Shown here: positions 1-9,120 of the stretch, piece by piece
How positions within the stretch are numbered: the first letter of the stretch is position 1
How the letters are laid out: every line of letters starts with the position of its first letter
Assembly (NCBI GenBank): GCA_964291675.2
Contig: OZ219865.1
Span: 896,001 to 960,000 of the forward strand
From: Alphaproteobacteria bacterium
Lineage (GTDB): Bacteria; Pseudomonadota; Alphaproteobacteria; MPNO01
Length of the DNA stretch: 64,000 bases
Reading direction: 5' to 3'
Notes under the pieces: model-generated
Told to the model about the DNA's origin: nothing
The model's input: the letters and a program-made list of their open reading frames with translations, nothing else
The model's database searches: none
Position numbers and translations under genes: made by a program

Positions 1-27
1 AGTGTCCATTATCGGCTAATGGACACT
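1..27. repeat. 11-bp perfect palindrome in the IS66 left end
   Basis: AGTGTCCATTA-tcggc-TAATGGACACT. Confidence 0.8.
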
Positions 28-44
28 ATCGTTGGGGGGCTGCG

Positions 45-392
45 GTGGCGCGTCGTGTACGCCGGTTCTGGTCGGACGATGAGAAGCGCCGGATTGTTGC
101 GCAGAGCTACGCGCCCGGGGTTTCGGTGTCGGTTGTGGCGCGTCGCTACGACGTGAACTCCAACCTGATCTTCACTTGGCGGCGCGATCCCCGCTACAGG
201 CCGGCGGCGGATGGCGAGGGTGCGCCGTCCTTCCTGGCGGTGGAGGTGGTGCCCGATGCGCCGCCGTCAGAGCCGTCTGCGGCATCGGAGGGTCGGATCG
301 AGATTGCGTTGTCGAGCGGCCACCGGGTGAGCGCGATCGGGGCGTTCGACGTGGACGCGCTGTGTCGCGTGGTGCGGGCGCTGGGCGGATGA
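45..392 (+). CDS. tnpA: IS66 accessory protein TnpA (HTH)
   Basis: RRFWSDDEKRRIV...SVSVVARRYDVNSNLIFTWRR; stop overlaps the tnpB ATG (ATGA at 389-392). Confidence 0.9.
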   Translation: MARRVRRFWSDDEKRRIVAQSYAPGVSVSVVARRYDVNSNLIFTWRRDPRYRPAADGEGAPSFLAVEVVPDAPPSEPSAASEGRIEIALSSGHRVSAIGAFDVDALCRVVRALGG

Positions 393-544
393 TCCCGGTT
401 GAGCAGGCGCAGGCTTTCAGCGGGGATTGGGGGCTGATCCGCTTGGATTAATCGAGGTTTTGGGGAAGGTGCCCCCCGGCGATCTTGCAAGAAGGCCGCC
501 GGAGGGCTTGTCTCGGTGACAGCTACATCAACTGAGACGCCCCA

Positions 545-1159
545 ATGTCGCACAAGCTGTTCCGTCACTCCATCCTCTGCAACGCCCGGGTTTGGGACTT
601 TCTGAAGCAGGTCGACGCAGCCGAGGCGGAGGCCTGCCGTGCGGTGGGCTGTCCTCACTGCGGCGGGACGCTTCACAGCGCGGCCTACCCTCGCAAGCCG
701 TACGGTCTGGCGGCGGATCTTCGGGACGATGTGCGGCGCTTCAGCCTGTGCTGTTCGGTGTGCAGGCGCCGGGTGCGTCCTGCCTCGGTGCGTTTCTTCG
801 GTCGGAGGTTCTACGTCGGTGCGCTGTTCCTGCTGGTGAGCGCACTGGCGCTGACCGGCGGGGTGCGGTTGCAGACGATCGCGCGGCGCTGTGGGGTTCC
901 GGTCTCGACGCTGAAGCGCTGGCGTCGCTGGTGGCTGGACGCCTTCCCGGCGACCCCGGAGTGGGCGGCGAAGCGGGGCGAGCTGGCGACACCGGCCGGG
1001 GAAGCGCCTGTGCGCCGGCTGCTGCGCCTGATGCGGGGCCGGGGCCTGCGGGCGCGGCTGCTGCGGAGCCTGGTCTGGCTGATGCCGTGGACCGGTTCTT
1101 GCGCGCTCGGCGCCGGGCCGGCTTCGCCCGCAGAAAGCGTTTCTGTCATGAACGGATAG
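545..1159 (+). CDS. Zn-ribbon plus HTH protein (DUF6431-like), transposon-associated
   Basis: CPHCG and CCSVC cysteine pairs; C-terminal HTH IARRCGVPVSTLKRW. Confidence 0.7.
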   Translation: MSHKLFRHSILCNARVWDFLKQVDAAEAEACRAVGCPHCGGTLHSAAYPRKPYGLAADLRDDVRRFSLCCSVCRRRVRPASVRFFGRRFYVGALFLLVSALALTGGVRLQTIARRCGVPVSTLKRWRRWWLDAFPATPEWAAKRGELATPAGEAPVRRLLRLMRGRGLRARLLRSLVWLMPWTGSCALGAGPASPAESVSVMNG

Positions 1160-1208
1160 GGGCTCTTACACCGGCATCTCCCCAACAGGGCGAGGGAGGG
1201 ATGCCGGG

Positions 1209-2663
1209 ATGGACAGCAACGACGGGAGCGAGCGTCGCGACCGGTGGGCGCGGCTGCGCTTCGCGGTGGTCGGGCCGCTTCTGGCCTCGCCGCCGCCGAA
1301 GGGGAAGCTGCGGGCCGAGCTGGAGCGGCTGGCCGGACGCGAGTGGGAACATCCGTCCGGCAAGGGGCCGGTGCGCTTCTCGGCCTCCACGATCGAGCGC
1401 TGGTACTACCAGGCGCGGGCGCAGGAGCAGGACCCGGTCAAGGCGCTTCGCCGAAAGCCACGGGCCGACATCGGCCGCGAACGGGCGATATCGGCGGCAC
1501 TGATCGAGGTGTTGCGCGATCAGTACCGGGCGCATCCGTCGTGGTCGGCACAGCTGCACCATGAGAACCTGGCGGCGCTGGTCGCGGCCGATCCGGCGCT
1601 CGGCCCGATGCCGTCCTATGCGACGCTCACCCGGGCGATGCGGGCTCGCGGGCTGGTGCGCAAGCGCCGGCGCAAGTGGCACGAGAGCGAGGCGCGGCCG
1701 CCTGTCCAGGCCCGCGAGGTACTGAGCTACGAGGTCACGCGCAGCCACGCCCTGTGGCACAGCGATATGCATACCGCCAAGTGTCGTGTGCTGACGGCCT
1801 CGGGCGAGTGGAAGACGCCGATCCTTCTGGGCTTTCTCGACGACCACTCCCGGCTCGGCTGCCACCTTCAGTGGTATCTCGCCGAGACCGCAGAGGTCTT
1901 CGTCCATGGGCTGTGCCAGGCGTTGATGAAGCGGGGCCTGCCGCGGTCCCTGCTGACCGACAACGGCTCGGCGATGACCGCCGGCGAGGTCGAGGAAGGG
2001 TTGCTCCGGCTCGGCATCGCGGGGGTCACGACGCTCGCGTACAGCCCGCATCAAAATGGAAAGATCGAGACTTTCTGGGGCACGGTCGAATCACGCCTGA
2101 TGGCCCAGCTCGAAGGCGTCGACGCGCTCACCCTGAAGATGCTCAACGACGCCACCGTCGCCTGGCTGGAGCAGGACTATCACCGCCGCGAGCACCGCGA
2201 ACTCGGCATGTCGCCGCATCGGCGCCTCGCCGGGAGCGTCGACGCATCGCGGCCCTGCCCCGGCGCGGCCGAGCTCAAGGCGGCCTTCCGCATCACGAGG
2301 AAGCGCATGCTCCGGCGCTCGGACGGCACCGTCTCGGTCGAGAACATCCGCTACCAGATACCGCCGCCGTGGCGCCACCTGCGCGAGGCCTGGGTCCGCT
2401 ATGCGCGCTGGGACCTCAGCAGCGTCGATCTGGTCGACGGCCGGGGCGGCGAACGGCTGTGCACGCTCTATCCCCTCGACAAGCGCGGCAACGCCGATGG
2501 TGTGCGCCGTCCCATCGGCCCCGGCGACGACGATGGCAAGGGCGGCGAGGGGACAGGCGGACTGCCGCCGCTGCTCAAGAGCATGCTCGACGCGCAGGCT
2601 GCAACCGGCCTGCCGCCGGCATGGCTTGCCTTCGATGACACCCGCGATGATGGAGAACGCTGA
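1209..2663 (+). CDS. DDE transposase (rve core, Mu-transposase-like C-terminus)
   Basis: N-terminal HTH (SASTIERW); WHSD / FLDDHSR / TDNGS / NGKIE catalytic motifs; C-terminal RRSDGTVSVENIRY; GGAGG RBS. Confidence 0.9.
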   Translation: MDSNDGSERRDRWARLRFAVVGPLLASPPPKGKLRAELERLAGREWEHPSGKGPVRFSASTIERWYYQARAQEQDPVKALRRKPRADIGRERAISAALIEVLRDQYRAHPSWSAQLHHENLAALVAADPALGPMPSYATLTRAMRARGLVRKRRRKWHESEARPPVQAREVLSYEVTRSHALWHSDMHTAKCRVLTASGEWKTPILLGFLDDHSRLGCHLQWYLAETAEVFVHGLCQALMKRGLPRSLLTDNGSAMTAGEVEEGLLRLGIAGVTTLAYSPHQNGKIETFWGTVESRLMAQLEGVDALTLKMLNDATVAWLEQDYHRREHRELGMSPHRRLAGSVDASRPCPGAAELKAAFRITRKRMLRRSDGTVSVENIRYQIPPPWRHLREAWVRYARWDLSSVDLVDGRGGERLCTLYPLDKRGNADGVRRPIGPGDDDGKGGEGTGGLPPLLKSMLDAQAATGLPPAWLAFDDTRDDGER

Positions 2664-3496
2664 TGAACCGCGAACACCTCACCCTGTACGGGCTCAAGTG
2701 GAACCCGTTCGCCCCTGACCTCCCGGTCGACAGCCTGATGGCGACTGGCGCCGTCGACAGCTTCTGCCTCAGGATCGAACGCCATCTCGTGCGCCACGGC
2801 GGCTTCGCACTGATCGCCGGAGAGCCCGGAACCGGAAAGAGCGTTGCCCTGCGCCTGCTCGCCCACCGGCTCGGGCGATGCGACGGGCTCAGGGTCGCCG
2901 CCATCACCCACCCGTCCTCGAGACTGTCGGACTTCTACCGCGAGATCGGCGAGCTGTTTGGCGTCGACCTGCTGTACAACAATCGCTGGGCCAGCTTCAA
3001 AAACCTGCGCCAGCGCTGGCTCGCGCATCTCGATGACACCCGCATGCGCCCGGTGTTGCTCATCGACGAGGCCCAGGAACTGCTGCCCTCGGTGTTCTCC
3101 GAGATCCGCCTGCTCGCGTCGACCGACTTCGACTCGCGCGCCATCCTCTCCGTCGTCTTCGCCGGTGACAACCGCCTGCTCGACCGGCTCCGCCAGCCCG
3201 ACCTGCAGCCCATCGCCTCGCGTATCCGACAGCGTCTGCTGATGACCCGGACCGAGGACGCCGACCTGGCCGGCCTGCTCGACCATCTGCTCGAAGAGGC
3301 CGGCAATCCGGCGCTGATGACCGCCGGGCTCAGGGACACCCTCGTCACCCATGCCGCAGGAAACCCCAGGGCACTCACCGTCATGGCTGATGCCGTGCTC
3401 GCAGCCGGTGCCGAGAAGGATCGCGAGGTGCTCGACGAGAAGCTCTTCATCGAGACCCTCGGCGAGGCACCGCCAGCCAGGCGGGCCCGGCGATGA
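2663..3496 (+). CDS. ExeA/TnsC/MuB-like AAA+ ATPase
   Basis: YGLKWNPF N-terminus, Walker A GEPGTGKS, Walker B LLIDEAQ, SRI arginine finger, GNPR; coupled to the transposase. Confidence 0.9.
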   Translation: MNREHLTLYGLKWNPFAPDLPVDSLMATGAVDSFCLRIERHLVRHGGFALIAGEPGTGKSVALRLLAHRLGRCDGLRVAAITHPSSRLSDFYREIGELFGVDLLYNNRWASFKNLRQRWLAHLDDTRMRPVLLIDEAQELLPSVFSEIRLLASTDFDSRAILSVVFAGDNRLLDRLRQPDLQPIASRIRQRLLMTRTEDADLAGLLDHLLEEAGNPALMTAGLRDTLVTHAAGNPRALTVMADAVLAAGAEKDREVLDEKLFIETLGEAPPARRARR

Positions 3497-4482
3497 CCGG
3501 CTTCCCGACACGGCCACCGGCCGAACTCGAGGAGCGGCCGCGGGAGCGGCAGTGGCTGGTCGATGCCCTGTGGAGCGAACAGGGGGTCGGCATCGTCGGC
3601 GGCGAGCCCAAGTGCGGCAAGTCCTTCCTCGCGCTGGACCTCGCCGTCGCGGTGGCTGCAGGAGTGCCCTGCCTGCGCCACTTCCGCCCCGCGGCAAGCG
3701 GCACCGTGTTGCTCTTCGCCGCCGAGGACGCCGGTCACATCGTGCGCGACCGCCTCAAGGGCATCGCCCGGGCCGCCGGCGCCGACTTCGAGGCCCTCGA
3801 CATCGCCGTCATCGACGTGCCCACGCTCCGCCTCGATCATCGCCTCGACCGGCAGCGGCTGCTGGAGACCGTCGAACGGATCGGACCGCGCCTCCTCGTC
3901 CTCGATCCCCTGGTCCGCCTGCATGGCGTCGACGAGAACGCGGTTGCGGAAGTCGCTCCCATCCTCGGCTTCCTGCGCGACCTGCAGCGCCGCTTCGGGA
4001 CCGCTGTGCTGCTCGTCCACCACGCTCGCAAGAGTGGCGCCAGCCGCCCCGGCCAGGCGCTGCGCGGCAGCAGCGAGCTGCATGCCTGGGGCGACAGCAA
4101 TCTCTACCTGCGCCGGCGCGACGGGCAGATCGTCATGACCGCCGAGCATCGCGCCGCACCCGGCCTCAACAATATCGAGATCGAGCTTGCCGATGACGGC
4201 GAAGGACCAGCGCTGCAGCTCCGGCGGACAGGACCTCACCAGGCTCCGCCGCAGCCGGACAGCGCCGAACAGCGGATCGCCCAGGTGCTCGCGACAGCCG
4301 AATCCCCACTCGTGCAGTCCGAGATCCGAAAACGCGCCGGGGTACGCAACGCGACTGTCTCCGCGGCACTGCACGGGCTTGTGCGCGAGGGACGGGTCGA
4401 GCGCGGGACGGGAGGTCGCTACCGCTTCCTCGGAACCGCGGCGAACCAAGCCGACAACCCGACGGACAGCCACAACCCGTAG
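3493..4482 (+). CDS. RecA-family (AAA_25, RepA/DnaB-like) helicase with C-terminal winged HTH
   Basis: WLVDALW, Walker A GEPKCGKS, AAED, Walker B LLVLDP, LVHHARK, LRGSSEL; wHTH QSEIRKRAGVRNATVSAALHGL. Confidence 0.85.
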   Translation: MTGFPTRPPAELEERPRERQWLVDALWSEQGVGIVGGEPKCGKSFLALDLAVAVAAGVPCLRHFRPAASGTVLLFAAEDAGHIVRDRLKGIARAAGADFEALDIAVIDVPTLRLDHRLDRQRLLETVERIGPRLLVLDPLVRLHGVDENAVAEVAPILGFLRDLQRRFGTAVLLVHHARKSGASRPGQALRGSSELHAWGDSNLYLRRRDGQIVMTAEHRAAPGLNNIEIELADDGEGPALQLRRTGPHQAPPQPDSAEQRIAQVLATAESPLVQSEIRKRAGVRNATVSAALHGLVREGRVERGTGGRYRFLGTAANQADNPTDSHNP

Positions 4483-4497
4483 GCGAAGCAGCCCCTC

Positions 4498-4551
4498 TTC
4501 CCGTTCCCGTTCCGGCGAACCCTTAAGCGTTGCAGGGAACGGGAACGGGAA
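4498..4551. repeat. 16-bp perfect inverted repeat built from 6-bp iterons
   Basis: TTCCCGTTCCCGTTCC (4498-4513), 22-nt spacer, GGAACGGGAACGGGAA (4536-4551). Confidence 0.9.
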
Positions 4552-6571
4552 CACCAGCGCACAATGCCCCACGAAACTGCCTGAAGCGATCGGCCAATGG
4601 CCGAAAGCTCTGCTTACGGCCATGGCAGCCCTCTGGCGCGGGGACGGCGGCGGGTCACCCGAAGGGCCGTAGCGGAGCGAAGGAGCCGCGAAGCGGCTTG
4701 AAGCGCCGACGGCCTCGCGACACTCCCCGCCCGGCCTTCCTGCAAACGGCAGACGATCCCCATCGAATAACGCGAAATCCGCACCATCAAACAACGTGCG
4801 CGCGCTCACCGGTCCCGTCCTCGACCCGGGTATGGCTGGCCTGCGGGGTGACCGACATGCGCAAGGGGTTCCCGGGGCTTGCGGCGCAGGCGGAGCGGGT
4901 GTTGAAGGCGGATCCGCATTGCGGCCATCTCTTCATCTACCGGGGCCGTCGGGGCGACCTGATCAAGATGATCTGGTGGGACGGCCAGGGAGCGTGCCTG
5001 TTCTCGAAGCGTCTTGAGCGCGGCCGTTTCGTGTGGCCGTCGGCGTCGGAGGGCAAGGTTTCGGTGACGCCGGCGCAGCTGTCGATGCTGTTGGAGGGGA
5101 TCGACTGGCGGGCGCCGGTTCGCACCTGGCGGCCTTTGGCGGCGGGATGATTCATCGTTTATATACAATAGGTTGACTCCTATCCGGGCTTCCCTTTGGC
5201 GGCCTTTTCCTGTAGGCTGCGGTCATGCTCGAAGAGGCGCATTCCCTGCCTGACGACATCGCCGCACTGAAGGCGATGGTGCTGTCCTCGCGGGCCGAGG
5301 TGGCGGCGCGGGACGCCGAGTTGCGCAACCGTGACCTTCTGATCGAGAAGCTCAAGCACCAGCTTGCGGGTCTGCGCCGCCAGCGCTTCGGCGCCACTTC
5401 GGAGGCCCTCGATCAGCTTGAGCTCGGGCTGGAGGACGAGGAGATCGCGCGCTCGGCCGAGACGTTTGCCGAGCCAGCCCCGGCGGCAAAGAGACAGCCC
5501 AAGCGCCGTCCCTTGCCGGACCACCTGCCGCGCGAGGAGACGCATCTCGCGCCTTCAGGCGATCGCTGCGCGGACTGCGGCGGTCGCCTCAAGCGTCTCG
5601 GCGAGGATGTGACCGAGGAGCTGGAGTACATCCCCGGCCGCTTCGTGGTGAAGCGCATCGTGCGCCCGCGCCTGGCCTGCGGCGGCTGTGAGACGTTCCA
5701 CCAAGCGCCGCTGCCGTCGCGGCCGATCGAGCGCGGCCGTCCGGGCCCGGGCCTTCTGGCGCATGTGCTGGTCTCGAAGTACTGCGATCACCTGCCGCTC
5801 TACCGTCAGTCGCGTATCTTCGCCCGCGATGGCGTCGATCTCGACCGCTCGACGCTGGCCGGCTGGGTGGGCAAGGCGACGGCGCTGCTGGAGCCCCTGG
5901 CCGATGCCGTCGGGCGCCATGTTCTGGGCGGCCAAGCCCTGTTCGCCGACGACACCCCGGTCAAGTTGCTGGCGCCGGGGACCGGCAAGACGGCGACGGG
6001 TCGGGCCTGGACCTATGTCCGCGACGAGCGTCCGTGGAAGGGCGAGGCATCGCCGGCGGCGTGGTATCGCTTCTCGGCCGACCGCAAGGCGGCGCATCCG
6101 AAGAGCCATCTCGCGGGCTACGCCGGCTGGATGCACTCGGACGGCTATGCCGGCTTCGGCGCACTGGCGCGCGCGGGGCCGGTCCGCGAGGTCGCCTGCC
6201 TGGCCCATGTGCGGCGCAAGTTCTTCGACGTCCACGCCGCTCAGGGCTCGGCGGTCGCCGCCGAGGCGCTGGAACGGATCGCCGCGCTCTACGCCATCGA
6301 GAAGGAGGTCCGCGGGCAGCCCCCAGAGCGCCGCGTCGCGATCCGCCGCGCCAAGGCCGCGCCGCACCTCGATGAGTTCGAGCGCTGGCTGCAAACGCAA
6401 CTGCCGAAGCTCTCCGCCAAGACCCCGCTGGCGGCGGCGATCCGCCATGCGCTGACCCGGCTGAAGCGCCTGCGGCCCTATATCGAGCACGGCTTCCTCG
6501 AGATCGACAACAACCCGGCCGAGCGCGCGATGCGCCCGATCGCGACGATGGAGTCATTCTGCACCCCTTCT

Positions 6572-8644
6572 TCAAGTGTCTGAAAACATTGACATCTGAT
6601 CCCGACATGAAGCGCGACGCGGGTCTTTCCGCAGTGCCAGGGCGTTGGCGACCCGCTCGGAATGGAGGTCTTTGGCCCTGATTTGCCAGGGCGCTCCGGG
6701 AACGAGTTGCGTGGCAGGTAGCGTTCCATCCTCGATCAGGCGCCTGAGGGTATGGCTGGTCGTGCCCAACTCTTTCGCCGCCTCGGTCATGGTGCGCCAG
6801 TCGCCCTGCTTGTCCGCTGAGAGGTAGCCGTCGATCCCGTTCACACGCCGGATCGATCCGACCCGGTGAGCGGTCCAACTCTTGTGCTGCCCGGTCCGCA
6901 TACCCATCCGGTTGAGCGACGCGGCGATATGTTCGTCCGACCATCGCCCGGCCATGCTGCGTATCACTGCCAGAGCTTCCTCGGGCGTTCGGCAGCCATG
7001 TTCGCCGCTCTTGGGCTTGCGGACCCTGAGACGGGAATGACGGCCACCCATCCAGTGGATCGTCAGCAGGACGTCACGCGCCTCTTCGTCGACATCGACG
7101 ATTATGCCCATGATCAGGGTGCGCACGAGACGCTGGCGGGCGCGCATGCTCACCCCGGGCGCGTTCCAGGCGGCCTTCAGGTCGTCGGCAAGTCCGGCCA
7201 GGTCGGGGACAGTGGGCCGCGGCGACGGCATCGCGCCCAGCCTTGCTTCGCACGCCTGGACGCGTCGAAGCGCTGCCTCCCAACTCTTCTCCAGCTCGGC
7301 GGCGATCAGCCGGTTGTCCGGATCGCAGGCGGCGTAGCGCCGCTCGGCGAGCGCCGCCTCGTAGCGGGCTTGCTGCAGATCCAGCTCGGCCACCCGTTGC
7401 TGTTCGGAAAGACCCTCCGCGTTCATCCGCTCGGCTTCCAACGAGGCTTCCACCGCCATGGGCTCCACGACGCGGAGGATCTCATCGGCAACGGCCGCAT
7501 CCACACGCGCACCCCCGAACCCCAGACAGGGCTCTAGCTCGAGCTGGAGGTGTCGCCGATTGCAGCGGTAGACAGGATTGCCGGGCGTGCGACCGGAATA
7601 GGCAACGCTCATCGTGCGTCCGCAGCGTGCGCAACTGAGGAGGCCGCCAAGAAGCGCCCGCCCGCCGCGCCCCGACTTCGTGCCCCCCGCCTTGCCGAAG
7701 GCATTGGCGGCGAGCTGCGCCTGGTTGCGCTCGAACTCCGGCCAGTCGATGTAGCCCTCGTGATGGTCCTTCAGCACGACCTCCCATTCCGCCATCGGCT
7801 TGCGGTGTCCATAGCTCTTGCGCACGCGCCCGTCGACGATCTCGGTCCGCCGCTCGCTTTTGCCGTAAGCGTAGACCCCGGCGTAGAAAGGGTTCTTCAA
7901 CACCGAAATTACGTTGCGATAGCGGATCGGCGTCCAGTCGAAGGAGACCATTGTCCTGCCATCCGACGGGCGTGGGAAGCAAAGCTTCTGCCCGCTCAGC
8001 GCCAGCAACACCTGCCGCGCGCTGCCAAGCTCGCGAAACCGGGCGAATACCTGACGGATCGCTTCCTGAACCCGAATGTCGGGGTCCAGCCCCAGCCCGG
8101 CCTCGGGATGCCAGACGTAGCCGATCGGGACGCTGATGCGAAGCTCGCCGCGGGCGGCCTTGGAGCGGGCGGCCTCGAACATCCGAGCGCGCAGAACGCC
8201 GAGTTCGAACTCGCTGATCTGGCCCTTCATGCCGAGCAGCAGACGATCGTTGGGGTGGCGAGGATCGTAGATGCCATCCTGGTCGATGACGCGTGCCTCG
8301 ACGAGACCGCAGAGCTCGAGAAGATGGTGCCAGTCCCGGCCGTTGCGAGAGACCCGCGAAGCCTCGAAACAAAGCACGGCTCCAACGTCCCCGGCGCACA
8401 GCCAGGCGACGAGGCGCTCGAAACCGGGCCGCGCAACGGCACCGTCCGCCGACAGGCCCTGATCGTCGTCGATGACTTCGACCCGGGCAAAGCCGTGCCC
8501 GCGCGCCACATCGACGAGATCGTATTGGCGGCGCTGGCTCTCCAGATTGTTCCGCATCTGCTGGGGCGTGGACTGACGGACATAGACCACGGCCTTGCGC
8601 GTCAACACCGATCGCGGCAACGCTTCAGCGACGCCCATCGTCAT
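6572..8644 (-). CDS. Large serine recombinase with Zn ribbon, coiled coil and C-terminal excisionase-like HTH
   Basis: YVRQS catalytic motif, EASRVSRN, LKNPFYAG, CARCG; C-terminal TMTEAAKELGTTSHTLRRLIEDG. Confidence 0.92.
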   Translation of the reverse strand: MTMGVAEALPRSVLTRKAVVYVRQSTPQQMRNNLESQRRQYDLVDVARGHGFARVEVIDDDQGLSADGAVARPGFERLVAWLCAGDVGAVLCFEASRVSRNGRDWHHLLELCGLVEARVIDQDGIYDPRHPNDRLLLGMKGQISEFELGVLRARMFEAARSKAARGELRISVPIGYVWHPEAGLGLDPDIRVQEAIRQVFARFRELGSARQVLLALSGQKLCFPRPSDGRTMVSFDWTPIRYRNVISVLKNPFYAGVYAYGKSERRTEIVDGRVRKSYGHRKPMAEWEVVLKDHHEGYIDWPEFERNQAQLAANAFGKAGGTKSGRGGRALLGGLLSCARCGRTMSVAYSGRTPGNPVYRCNRRHLQLELEPCLGFGGARVDAAVADEILRVVEPMAVEASLEAERMNAEGLSEQQRVAELDLQQARYEAALAERRYAACDPDNRLIAAELEKSWEAALRRVQACEARLGAMPSPRPTVPDLAGLADDLKAAWNAPGVSMRARQRLVRTLIMGIIVDVDEEARDVLLTIHWMGGRHSRLRVRKPKSGEHGCRTPEEALAVIRSMAGRWSDEHIAASLNRMGMRTGQHKSWTAHRVGSIRRVNGIDGYLSADKQGDWRTMTEAAKELGTTSHTLRRLIEDGTLPATQLVPGAPWQIRAKDLHSERVANALALRKDPRRASCRDQMSMFSDT

Positions 8645-8810
8645 CCTCCTTCACCGGGGCGGTCGCCGCTTCCAGAAGCAACCCGGCCACTGCGCTCACC
8701 ACCGCGTCTCGTTCCTCCGAGCTCAGACCGCGCAGCGTCGGTGCGTCGAGCGGCATGCCGAGCTGTCGGGGTTCTCTCGGCGGTCGCGCTGTTACAGGCA
8801 AAGACTTCAT
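8625..8810 (-). CDS. Small (61 aa) hypothetical protein upstream of the recombinase
   Basis: GAGGAG RBS then ATG at 8810 (MKSLPV...VAGLLLEAA...EDDDGRR); overlaps the recombinase start. Confidence 0.6.
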   Translation of the reverse strand: MKSLPVTARPPREPRQLGMPLDAPTLRGLSSEERDAVVSAVAGLLLEAATAPVKEDDDGRR

Positions 8811-9120
8811 CGCGCTCCTCTCCGCTAACGGTTCCGTCATCGGGGGAGCTATGTCGAAAACCTTGGCCGACGAGAAGCTCGTGAAGTGCGGCGAGGGCGG
8901 CCGGGGAGGCACGCGGCGCGCCGATCTCCATGCCGGCGCATGACGCAGGATCAAGCATCCAGGCGGGTATCTTGATGATCAGCCCCGGCTCTACCTCGAC
9001 GGAGGCCATGAGGCCGTCTGCACGCTGTTCGATAACTTCAGGGCGTACTCGCCGACCGAACAGTGCGTGCCAGCGGTAGTGGATGACGCAATCCTGCCCG
9101 ATATGGGCAGAATGAATGCG
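8641..9120 (-). CDS. Element-end ORF (DUF5372/Y4bD-like), open to the att site and lacking its natural start when integrated
   Basis: Frame open from 9120: RIHSAHIGQDCVIHYRWHALFG...IPAWMLD; stop overlaps the recombinase ATG. Confidence 0.6.
   Translation of the reverse strand, partial: RIHSAHIGQDCVIHYRWHALFGRRVRPEVIEQRADGLMASVEVEPGLIIKIPAWMLDPASCAGMEIGAPRASPAALAALHELLVGQGFRHSSPDDGTVSGEERDEVFACNSATAERTPTARHAARRTDAARSELGGTRRGGERSGRVASGSGDRPGEGG

Larger units (their letters stand above)
400..4808 (+). mobile_element. 4409-bp Mu/IS21/Tn7-superfamily-like transposon with four genes
   Basis: Ends TGAGCAGGCGCA... and ...TGCGCGCGCTCA (imperfect TIR, TG...CA); 5-bp TSD CCGGT at 395-399 and 4809-4813. 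Confidence 0.9.
389..5150 (+). pseudogene. tnpB: IS66 TnpB interrupted after codon 3-4 by the 400-4808 transposon
   Basis: 389-399 + 4814-5150 rejoin to 348 nt: [23 protein letters not shown]...[10 protein letters not shown]...[11 protein letters not shown]. Confidence 0.9.

Noticed and set aside
420-460. GGAT motifs 21 bp apart in both transposon ends as transposase-binding repeats
   Set aside because: Only 4-5 bp and offset differently in the two ends; needs alignment of homologues.
2935-4809. Long antisense ORFs here and throughout the window (e.g. 28764-31934, 51917-54847)
   Set aside because: They mirror well-supported genes on the other strand, as expected from high-GC codon bias, and carry no motifs.
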